64,000 bases of DNA, from NCBI GenBank assembly GCA_965224245.1, contig OZ245046.1, positions 3,520,001-3,584,000 of the forward strand, written 5' to 3'. This document shows, piece after piece, positions 22,707 through 30,680 of the stretch (positions within the stretch are counted from its first letter, which is position 1; each line of letters starts with the position of its first letter). Under the pieces are notes generated by a model. It had not been told where the DNA came from. It was given only the letters and a program-made list of their open reading frames with translations, and made no database searches. This DNA comes from Candidatus Eiseniibacteriota bacterium (GTDB lineage: Bacteria > Eisenbacteria > RBG-16-71-46 > CAZAMP01). Position numbers and translations under genes: made by a program.

Positions 22707-23946
22707 CGATGATCGCCGATGCGAACGAGACGACCGAGCCGTCCTCGACCCACTGGTGATAGGCGACCACGTCGGCCTCCCGCTGGCCGGTCCAGGCCAT
22801 CGTCGCGTAGACGGCGCTCAGCCCGCAGATGCGCCGCGGGTTGCCGTCCTCAGAGACCGACCGGAAGAACGCGCCCGAGTCGCCGGCCGCCACCGTCTCG
22901 AGCGTCTCGCGATCGAGGCCCTCGAGCGCCTCGAGCTGCTCCTCGTCGACCGGCTCGGGATCCTCGAACCGCGGACCGACGTGAGCCATGTCGGCTCCGG
23001 CGATGACCGTGACCGTCAGGTGGCGCTCGCGCGCGGTCTCGGCGATGGCGGTGACCATCGCGTCCACCTCGTCTTGGCGTTCCGGTCGCGTCGGGTCGGT
23101 GTCGGACGGCACCAGCGATCCGCACAGAAAGGGGAGGATCGGAGGCACGCGCTCACCGAACACGTGCCGCAGGTAGACGGCCTGGAACTCCAGGGAGTGC
23201 TCGGTCCGGTGCAGACACTCGTCCGCGAAGAGCTCGCCGGGGTATCGACGCACGATGTCCTCGAGCACCTCCTCGGCCACCGGACACGGGCCCAGCGGCG
23301 TGTCGTACCCGATCGAGCTGGCGATGAACAGCTCGTGCGTGAGCGCGTGGGCGGTGCCGAACAGCACGACCACGTCGGGACGCGCGTGTCCGTTCGCGAA
23401 CGCGGCGTAGGCCGCGGCGTACGTCGTCTCGGCCACGCGGAGATCGATGTGCGGCACGATCAGGCCGAGCGGCGGATCTCGGCGAACGGCGAGCGGGATC
23501 GCTCGGAACGACGAGGCCAGCTCGCGCGAGAGCTCCGATGCATCCGCGGAGTAGCTCACCCCGGCGAACGCCGGTGCGCGCCGTCCCTGCTCCCGGTAGC
23601 CGGCGTTCGCCGCGCGGCGGCGTGCCTCGAAGCGAGGCGAGTCGAGGAAGCCGTGCTCGTCGAGGCCTCGCACGAACCCCTCGACCACGTCGCGGCTCGC
23701 GTCGATGGCATGCCGTTCCCGGATGGCGCGGACGACGTCGTCGAGCGTCCGCGTGCCGTCGAAGCACTCGAGCAGCACCGACGACATCGGCGTCATCGCG
23801 ATCGGAGCGTCGACGATCCCGGTCGGATCCTCCAGGACGAGCTGTGCATCGTCGCCCTGCCCGACCAGATGGTGCTGCACCGGCCGTAGCCGGGGCCGGA
23901 GCGGGATGGCGCCGCTCCCGCCCGACGTGTCGGAGATGTCTGTCAT
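22699..23946 (-). CDS. Memo1-family protein (AmmeMemoRadiSam protein B) with N-terminal extension
   Basis: PAFAGVSY, IVPHID, GTAH, EHSLEFQ, ADMAHVG, ICG. Confidence 0.88.
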   Translation of the reverse strand: MTDISDTSGGSGAIPLRPRLRPVQHHLVGQGDDAQLVLEDPTGIVDAPIAMTPMSSVLLECFDGTRTLDDVVRAIRERHAIDASRDVVEGFVRGLDEHGFLDSPRFEARRRAANAGYREQGRRAPAFAGVSYSADASELSRELASSFRAIPLAVRRDPPLGLIVPHIDLRVAETTYAAAYAAFANGHARPDVVVLFGTAHALTHELFIASSIGYDTPLGPCPVAEEVLEDIVRRYPGELFADECLHRTEHSLEFQAVYLRHVFGERVPPILPFLCGSLVPSDTDPTRPERQDEVDAMVTAIAETARERHLTVTVIAGADMAHVGPRFEDPEPVDEEQLEALEGLDRETLETVAAGDSGAFFRSVSEDGNPRRICGLSAVYATMAWTGQREADVVAYHQWVEDGSVVSFASAIIDG

Positions 23947-24566
23947 CCGGATCCGCCTCCCTCCTCACCGGCGTGACGGAGCCAGCGGAAGACCCCGTGC
24001 ACGCGCGTGGCCGGGCGCGCGTCCGGCGTATCGGGTCGTGCGACTCCGGCGCCCGTCGCCTCGGCGCGGGAGTCCGGTGCGGACGGACGGCCGGACCCGG
24101 TCGACTCGACCCGCACCCACCACACCCGGTCCGTGACGCCCGGCGGATCGGTGGAAACTACCACATCGACGAGCATCGGATCGGGTGGCGCGCCGGGGCC
24201 GGGACCGGGCGTGACCGCGATCCAGCGCTCGGGTCCGAGGAGCCGCCGCGCCGCCTCGGCCCGTCGTCCCCGGTCGACGATCTCGATGCCATCGGCTTCG
24301 AGGGCGCACTCCAGGTCGCCGCGCACGAGGATGACGATCCCGAGCGCCTCCAGGACACCGCGCCTCTCCAGCCAGTGCCGGTCTCCGGCGAGGCGCGAGA
24401 GCCTGGCGGCGTCCACGACGAGCCAGCGGGTCGCCGGATCGAGCGCCTCGACCTGGGTCATGAACGCCGCGTCGTCGTCGTGCCCGTCGTCGCTGGCGTA
24501 GATCGGGGGCGAGGGCGGGCGGTGGTCTGGATCCGGGCGTCCACGCACTGGGCGCCGGTCAGGCAT
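23943..24566 (-). CDS. Hypothetical protein
   Basis: Fills the gap in the operon with overlaps at both ends; no motif recognised. Confidence 0.45.
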   Translation of the reverse strand: MPDRRPVRGRPDPDHRPPSPPIYASDDGHDDDAAFMTQVEALDPATRWLVVDAARLSRLAGDRHWLERRGVLEALGIVILVRGDLECALEADGIEIVDRGRRAEAARRLLGPERWIAVTPGPGPGAPPDPMLVDVVVSTDPPGVTDRVWWVRVESTGSGRPSAPDSRAEATGAGVARPDTPDARPATRVHGVFRWLRHAGEEGGGSG

Positions 24567-25560
24567 GCAGCTCCACGACGTCGCCATCGCTCAGCACGTG
24601 ATCGCGCTGAACGTGCTGTCCGTCGAATGCGCCGGCGCCCCAGATCCGTGCGAACGAGAGCCCCTCGGCGAGCTCCCGGTGAACCGCCTCGGCCAGATCC
24701 AGCACGGTGCTTCCCCGATCGAGGAGGAACGGACTCTCCATGTCGGCCTTCTTGCCCGGCTGCTTCGTGTAGACGCGGACGACCCGGAGGCTCTCGAAGA
24801 TGGCCTGCCGAAGGGCTTCGAGGCCCTCGCCGGTCTCGACCGACGTGCGCAGGATCTCCCAGGGTCGTGAGAGGGACTCCCGGAAGATCTCCTCCCGGAG
24901 GTCCGCACCGTCGTCATCGGCATGCGTGGCCACGAGTAGAGTGGGGCGCTCGAGCACGGGCCCCGCCCCCGCGCGGTCGACGTCCTGCGGCGCAAGCTCG
25001 CGGGCCGGAACGAGCATCGTGTGCCAGTGCTCCAGCACGCCGAGCGTGTCCTCGGTCGTGGTGAGAATGTCGTCGTCGCCGAGGCTCACGACCCAGAGGA
25101 TCAGATCACAGGCCCGGACCTGGCTCTGCATCCACGCCCGCACGAACTCGGACGACACCGCCGGTGCGTCGACCAGCTGCACCTGGACGTCGTCGATCGG
25201 CATCATGCCGGGATGGAAGCGGGTGGTGGTGTAAGGGTACGGCGCGACCTCGGGCTCGGCGGCCGTGAGTCGGTCCATCAGCGCGGACTTGCCCGCGTTG
25301 GGACCCCCCACCAGCACGACCTGCTTGTGCCCGTCGCGATCGACGTACTCGCCGGGGACCCGGCCGCCGGACTTCCGGGTCTCGGCCCCCTGCAGCTTTG
25401 CGATGCGCTTCTTGAGATCGGCCTGGAGCTTCTCGGTTCCCTTGTGCTTCGGGATCAGCCGGAGCATCTCCTGAAGACACGACAGCTTCTCGTCGGGGGT
25501 CGACGCCTCGCGCATGCGGGCTTCGGCCGCCTTGTACTGCGGGGTGAGGTTCGCCGGCAT
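24559..25560 (-). CDS. DRG/Rbg1-like GTPase (OBG superfamily) with C-terminal TGS domain
   Basis: MPANLTPQY, IPKHKGTE, G1 GGPNAGKS, G2 YPYTT, VRVYTK, ARIWG, GQHVQRDHVLSDGDVVELH. Confidence 0.9.
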   Translation of the reverse strand: MPANLTPQYKAAEARMREASTPDEKLSCLQEMLRLIPKHKGTEKLQADLKKRIAKLQGAETRKSGGRVPGEYVDRDGHKQVVLVGGPNAGKSALMDRLTAAEPEVAPYPYTTTRFHPGMMPIDDVQVQLVDAPAVSSEFVRAWMQSQVRACDLILWVVSLGDDDILTTTEDTLGVLEHWHTMLVPARELAPQDVDRAGAGPVLERPTLLVATHADDDGADLREEIFRESLSRPWEILRTSVETGEGLEALRQAIFESLRVVRVYTKQPGKKADMESPFLLDRGSTVLDLAEAVHRELAEGLSFARIWGAGAFDGQHVQRDHVLSDGDVVELHA

Positions 25561-25717
25561 GGACCTTCTCCGGACTCGTGCCACCGGGTCGCGCTCGACG
25601 TCGAACGCGCTCCCACCCCGATGGTGACGAACCGGGACGCCTCATCGCAAGCGCGGAGGACACGGAGGCCGGGTCGTTTCGTTGGTCGACGTCACCGCGC
25701 GACCGGGCGGACCGAGC

Positions 25718-25882
25718 CGTCGCGTGAGGAACGAGGACGTTCCCACATTCCCTTCGCACCGTTGCCGGCCCAAACGACGCTCAGTTCGTTTGTGTGCGAA
25801 GAGCCCCGCGTAACCGATCGGCCGTGCCTCTCCCCTCATCACGTCCGCTCGGCGGGAGCGCGCCACGCTCCTCACGCGACGA
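25718..25882 (-). ncRNA. Putative structured RNA (sRNA or leader) of unknown family
   Basis: 16-bp closing stem (25866-25881 with 25718-25733, one G-U pair), nested 6-, 8- and 7-bp helices and a GCAA tetraloop; the 5' end coincides with the predicted sigma54 +1. Confidence 0.6.
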
Positions 25883-25892
25883 GAGAGCGGAT

Positions 25893-25908
25893 TGCAAGCG
25901 CGGTGCCA
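25893..25908 (-). promoter_or_regulatory. Sigma54 (-24/-12) promoter, full consensus
   Basis: Minus strand TGGCACCGCGCTTGCA = TGGCAC-N5-TTGCA. Confidence 0.85.
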
Positions 25909-26182
25909 TCGGCCACGACGACGTAACCGACGCCCCGACGGTCCGCTGATCGCCGGCCGCGCACCGCGTGGCGTCGCCGCGCCGACACATCGTCGGGTTC
26001 TCGACGGTCCGGGCCCCCACGGGATCGGCGGCGCGCCGGGTCGCCCCGAACAAAACCATTGATCCAACTCTATGAAATGACATAACATACACAGCCATCG
26101 GGATTGATCCGGCGACCTCGATTACCGTCCAGCACCCCATGAGCGGATCTAGCCCTGCATCGGGTACTTACGAGGGGGTCCC

Positions 26183-26545
26183 ATGGATGATCGCCAGGAT
26201 TCGCTGGCATCGCCCTCGCATCCGGGGGGAAGCACGATCACCGTCGAGTGCAATCACGCGCTCACCGACGGTGGTCTGCGTGTGACCGAGATCCGCATCG
26301 CGCTTCGCGGCGAAGACAAATTGAAGGCGTTCGTCAGCGTCACGCTCGAGCGCAGCCTCGTCATTCGTGGAATCAAGATCATCGAGGGTCGACAGCGGCT
26401 GTTCGTCGCGATGCCGAGTCGCTCCAAGACCGACGGGTCGTTCCAGGACATCGTGCATCCCATCAATCAGGAGACGCGCGCACGGCTCGAGAGCTGCGTG
26501 CTCGAGACGTATTACGACGTCGCCGAGACGCGCGAGATCAACTAG
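26183..26545 (+). CDS. spoVG: SpoVG-family nucleic-acid-binding protein (start uncertain, may be near 26282)
   Basis: VTEIRI, KLKAFVSVTL, IRGIKIIEG, LFVAMPSR, FQDIVHPIN. Confidence 0.92.
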   Translation: MDDRQDSLASPSHPGGSTITVECNHALTDGGLRVTEIRIALRGEDKLKAFVSVTLERSLVIRGIKIIEGRQRLFVAMPSRSKTDGSFQDIVHPINQETRARLESCVLETYYDVAETREIN

Positions 26546-27665
26546 ACGCGGGCGGCCTCCAGACCGGCTGATCACCCAGCGCCGCGCACAGCTCCACCAG
26601 CGACAGGAGATCGAGAGCGTTGTGCAGAAACACCGGCGCCAGGATTCGCCGGTCCCCGCCCCGGATCGCCTGCCGGTAGAGCCGGGGAACGTCGCCCCCC
26701 GGCACGTCGCCTGATCGTTCCCGCCCGAACACGTGCCTCTCGATGCTGACCAGACGACAGTTCGGAAGCCGGGTCTTCCACGCTCGGCGTGCCGCGTGCA
26801 GAAGGTCCACGTCGGAAGGCCGGGGCCAGGGACGGATGCGGTGGCGGGCGGCACGATCGCGCAGCAGCGGCAGGTCGTAGCTCCGGCCGTTGTAGGTCAC
26901 CACCCGTTGCGCGCGGGAGAGACGGTCGGCGAGTCCGGCCAGGAGAGCCCCCTCGCGATCGATGTCCGCGGCGAAGATCTGCTCCACCACGACGCGCTCG
27001 CCCGTCACGCTCGCCAGCCCGACCAGGAAGATCATCTGCGACCCGAGCCCCAGGGTCTCGGTGTCGAGGAACAGCGTGGTCTCCGGAACGTCGGCGGGCA
27101 AGCTCGCGAGCAACGAGGGCGGGCACGGGATCTCCAGCTCACGGGCGAGGATCGAGCCCCTGGACGTCTCGCGGCTCCGGAACGGGGATGGCGCGAAGAG
27201 CCGCGGATGATCGGTCCAGTCGGGGCGCGAAGGACGCGCCGAGGTCCCGAGCGCATCACCAGCGGGACGGGCGGCCGGCGGCTCCGGATCCGGCGGCGTC
27301 CCGCCGGTCGTCGGCACCGGAGACACGGGAGTGGTTCGTGACGAGACAGATTCCGCCGGGCGCGCGGGCCCGAACCGCGACGTGAACCGGCGGCGCCACC
27401 ACGGCTCGGCGTCCGGGCCGGCACGGCGAGCGGCGGCGGGTGCCACGGTGTCGGATGCCACGGTGTCGGGTGCCGAGGCGTCGCGCGCCGAGGTCGCTCC
27501 CGCCGCGACGTCTCGCGCCGTGGTGGCGTGCGGCGCGGCGTCCCGTGTCGGCTCGTCTCGCACGGCGTGGAACCTCGACGACGGACCCGCCGGCGCGCGG
27601 ACCTCCGGCCGCGCGCCGCGCGCGATCGCGGACAGGCGGCGCCGGAGGGTCGAGGAGAGTCTCAC
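26538..27665 (-). CDS. YprB/MrfB-like RNase H-fold (DEDD) exonuclease with low-complexity N-terminus
   Basis: LFLDTETLGL, VTYNGRSYDLP, DLLHAARR, HNALD. Confidence 0.85.
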   Translation of the reverse strand: MRLSSTLRRRLSAIARGARPEVRAPAGPSSRFHAVRDEPTRDAAPHATTARDVAAGATSARDASAPDTVASDTVAPAAARRAGPDAEPWWRRRFTSRFGPARPAESVSSRTTPVSPVPTTGGTPPDPEPPAARPAGDALGTSARPSRPDWTDHPRLFAPSPFRSRETSRGSILARELEIPCPPSLLASLPADVPETTLFLDTETLGLGSQMIFLVGLASVTGERVVVEQIFAADIDREGALLAGLADRLSRAQRVVTYNGRSYDLPLLRDRAARHRIRPWPRPSDVDLLHAARRAWKTRLPNCRLVSIERHVFGRERSGDVPGGDVPRLYRQAIRGGDRRILAPVFLHNALDLLSLVELCAALGDQPVWRPPASS

Positions 27666-27859
27666 GCGTCAGTGCTCCCGGGGAGAGGCCGTCCACGCAC
27701 GCTAGCAGGATTCGACGCCCGGGGCACGCATCGGGTCGCGCCACGCCGCCGCCATCTCCTCGCGTGTGGTCGTCACGCCACCGCGGCCACTTTCGCGCGA
27801 CGGAGCACGCGTGGTACCCTCCGCGCTCGTTTCGACCCATCCCTCACGGAGATGCCGAG

Positions 27860-28330
27860 ATGGCATTGATGGACGAGCTCACCGCCCGCATGAAGGCGGC
27901 CATGAAGGCCAAGGACCAGCGCGTGCTCGACACGATCCGCATGGTGCGATCGCGCGTCATCGAGGTTCAGAACGCCGCCGACTTCTCCGGAGAGCTGACC
28001 GACGACGTCGTGCGCGACGTGATCGCCGCCTACTCCAAGCAGCTCAAGAAGTCCCTCCCGGACTACGAACGAGCCGGCGAGTCCGGACACGAGATGGCCG
28101 AGAAGCTCCGCTTCGAGGTCGACTATCTCTCGGAGTTCCTGCCGTCGATGCTGGACGAGGACGCCACGCGTGCCATCGTCGCCGCGACGGTCGCGGAGCT
28201 CGGCGTCACCGATCCCAGGCGGGCCGGACAGGTCATGGGCGCGGTGATGAAGGCCAACAAGGGCCGAGTCGAGCCGGGCCTCGTCAAGCGCCTCGTCGAC
28301 GAGGCCCTGGCCGGCGGCGGTACGGGTTAG
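27860..28330 (+). CDS. GatB/YqeY domain protein
   Basis: MKAAMKAKD...TIRM, YLSEFLP, GQVMGAVMK. Confidence 0.9.
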   Translation: MALMDELTARMKAAMKAKDQRVLDTIRMVRSRVIEVQNAADFSGELTDDVVRDVIAAYSKQLKKSLPDYERAGESGHEMAEKLRFEVDYLSEFLPSMLDEDATRAIVAATVAELGVTDPRRAGQVMGAVMKANKGRVEPGLVKRLVDEALAGGGTG

Positions 28331-28410
28331 TCTCTGGAACGAGCGCGGCCCGCCCTGTAAGGTACGGGCCTCTGTCCGTCGAAACGCCCTCAACGGAGTT
28401 CACCCCTACG

Positions 28411-29886
28411 ATGTGCGGATTTGTCGGTGTGATCGGCGTTCCCCATGCGGCACGCGAGCTGTTCATCGCGCTCCAGACGTTGCAGCATCGCGGACAGGAC
28501 TCGGCCGGCATCGCCACCAAGGACGGCGACCGGTTCCCCGTGCTGAAGGAGATGGGCACCGTTCCCCTGGCCCTCCGCGAGCACGAGCTCGGCAGCCTGA
28601 ACGGTCGCGTGGGGCTCGGTCACGTCCGCTACCCGACGTTCGGCCGCCCGGTCCGCGACGACGCACAGCCGTTCTTCTATCGCCAGCCCGGCGTGCTGAT
28701 GGCACACAACGGGAACGTCACGAACTACCACGAGCTGAAGGCCGCGCTGGCCGAGAGCAGCATCCACCTGCTCTCGTCGTGCGACATCGAGCCGGTGCTG
28801 TGTCTGTTCGCCACCGCGCTGATGGCTCAGCGCCCGCGCGGCCACACGATCGAGGATGCGGTGATCGCACTGCGAGAGGTCCAGGCGCGGGTCACCGGCG
28901 CGTACACGGTGGCGACGGTGCTGGAGCTGGACGGCGAGGATACGCTGGTGGTGTTCCGCGATCGCCTGGGCATTCGCCCGGGCGTCTGGGGCCGGCGCGG
29001 CGATGCGTTCATGGTCAGCTCGGAATCGGTCGCTCTGGACGCGCTCGGGTACGAGTGCGCACGCGAGATCGACCCGGGCGAGGCGCTCTTCCTGCGCGCC
29101 GGGCGTGAGCCCATCACGAGGGAGCTGAGCGCCAGCTCCCGGCGGGCGCCCTGCATCTTCGAGCACATCTACTTCGCGCGTCCCGACTCGGTCATCGACG
29201 AGCGCACGGTGTACGAGGTGCGGCTCAGTCTGGGCCGCCGTCTCGCGGACGAGCTGCGGCAGCACGGCCACGAGATCGACACGGTGATCCCGGTCCCGGA
29301 CACGTCGCGACCGGCGGCCACAGCGATCGCGGAAGCGCTCGGCAAGCCGATGCGCGAGGGGTTCATCAAGAACCGATACTCGGGTCGCACGTTCATCATG
29401 CCCGACCAGACGACGCGCAACACGGCGCTCCGACTGAAGCTGAACCCGATCCGGACCGAGATCGAGGGGAAGCGAGTGCTGCTCGTCGACGACAGCATCG
29501 TGCGCGGCAACACGGTGCGAAGCATCATCGCGCTCGTTCGCGACATGAACCCGGCGGCCGTCCACCTGGCGATCTACGCGCCGCCGGTGACGCACCCGTG
29601 CTACTACGGCATCGACATGTCGCGCCCCGAGGAGCTGATCGCGCGGCGTCACCTGGATCGGTCGGGGCTCTCCCGTCCCACGCTGGAATGGCAGCGGCGG
29701 TACGAGGCGGAGCTCGCCGACGAGCTGCTCCTGGACTCGCTGACCCACCTCTCGAACGAGGGCCTCCACGAGGTCGCGAGCTGGCCCCTCTGCTCGGCGT
29801 GCTTCACGGGCGAGTATCCGGCGCCGCTGTCGGACGCCCAGCGAGAGGCGATCGAGATCAACCGGAACGCCGTCGAGCCGGTGTGA
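28411..29886 (+). CDS. purF: Amidophosphoribosyltransferase
   Basis: MCG N-terminal nucleophile, LQHRGQDSAG, GHVRYPT, CIFEHIYFARPDS, LLVDDSIVRGNT. Confidence 0.95.
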   Translation: MCGFVGVIGVPHAARELFIALQTLQHRGQDSAGIATKDGDRFPVLKEMGTVPLALREHELGSLNGRVGLGHVRYPTFGRPVRDDAQPFFYRQPGVLMAHNGNVTNYHELKAALAESSIHLLSSCDIEPVLCLFATALMAQRPRGHTIEDAVIALREVQARVTGAYTVATVLELDGEDTLVVFRDRLGIRPGVWGRRGDAFMVSSESVALDALGYECAREIDPGEALFLRAGREPITRELSASSRRAPCIFEHIYFARPDSVIDERTVYEVRLSLGRRLADELRQHGHEIDTVIPVPDTSRPAATAIAEALGKPMREGFIKNRYSGRTFIMPDQTTRNTALRLKLNPIRTEIEGKRVLLVDDSIVRGNTVRSIIALVRDMNPAAVHLAIYAPPVTHPCYYGIDMSRPEELIARRHLDRSGLSRPTLEWQRRYEAELADELLLDSLTHLSNEGLHEVASWPLCSACFTGEYPAPLSDAQREAIEINRNAVEPV

Positions 29887-30665
29887 GATCCGGAACGCCG
29901 AGCGTGACGCCCGGTCCCGTTCGCACGGTGCTCTTCGACGCGCTGGGGACGCTCGTGCACCCCGCGCGTGTGTTCGAGGCCACCTACGCGGCGCACTTCC
30001 GGGAGCTCGGCGCCCCGGACGTCGGCATCTCCGAGATCGCCCGCGCATTCGCCGCGGCCCGGGCCGACGTGAACGTCGACCTGGATGGGGTCCACGACCG
30101 CTACCGCTCGCACCCCGGTGGGGACCGCGGGTTCTGGCGGGCGTTCGTGGGCCGCGTGGTGGGATACGCCGATCTCTCGGCGGTCGTGGACGCCGACGCC
30201 GCCTTCGACCGCATCTGGGACGACCTCGCACGCCCGGACGCGTGGTCGCTCTTCGACGACGTCTCGCCCACGCTCGCCTTGCTGGCGGACGCCGGCTTCC
30301 GCCTCGGCCTCGTCTCGAACTGGGACTCGCGCCTTCGCCCACTCCTCGACGCGCTCGACCTCACCCGCTGGCTCGATCCGATTCTGGTATCGATCGAGGA
30401 AGGCATCGAGAAGCCGAACCCCGAGATCTTCCGCGCGGCTGCGAGACGGGCGGAGACGCCACCGGCCGCGTGTGCGTACGTCGGCGACTCGCTCCCGCTC
30501 GACGGCCTGGGCGCGCGCAACGCGGGGCTCCGGTCGTTCGTGGTCGTCCGGGGCGATGCCGACACCCGTTCGTCGACGCGCGCCCGCGCGGAGGGGAGCG
30601 GTGTCGGCGTGATCGAATCCCTCACCGCCCTGCCCGGCGCCCTCGGGCCCCACGTCCCGGCCTGA
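29883..30665 (+). CDS. HAD-superfamily hydrolase
   Basis: LFDALGTL, VSNWD, EKPNPEIF, YVGDS; GTG start at 29883 or 29904. Confidence 0.88.
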   Translation: MRSGTPSVTPGPVRTVLFDALGTLVHPARVFEATYAAHFRELGAPDVGISEIARAFAAARADVNVDLDGVHDRYRSHPGGDRGFWRAFVGRVVGYADLSAVVDADAAFDRIWDDLARPDAWSLFDDVSPTLALLADAGFRLGLVSNWDSRLRPLLDALDLTRWLDPILVSIEEGIEKPNPEIFRAAARRAETPPAACAYVGDSLPLDGLGARNAGLRSFVVVRGDADTRSSTRARAEGSGVGVIESLTALPGALGPHVPA

Positions 30666-30680
30666 CTTGGCACCGGGCGC

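Noticed and set aside
25568-25583. Second sigma54 promoter (TGGCACGAGTCCGGA, minus strand) just before the GTPase
   Set aside because: Lacks the GC at -12.
25642-26140. ORFs 25642-26088 and 25781-26140, and an 18-codon ORF inside the candidate RNA
   Set aside because: No recognisable motifs or well-placed RBS; the two longer ORFs run across the sigma54 promoter.
27420-27545. Short repeats TGCCACGGTGTCGG in the mrfB-like N-terminus
   Set aside because: Two-copy coding low complexity (DTVA), not an independent element.
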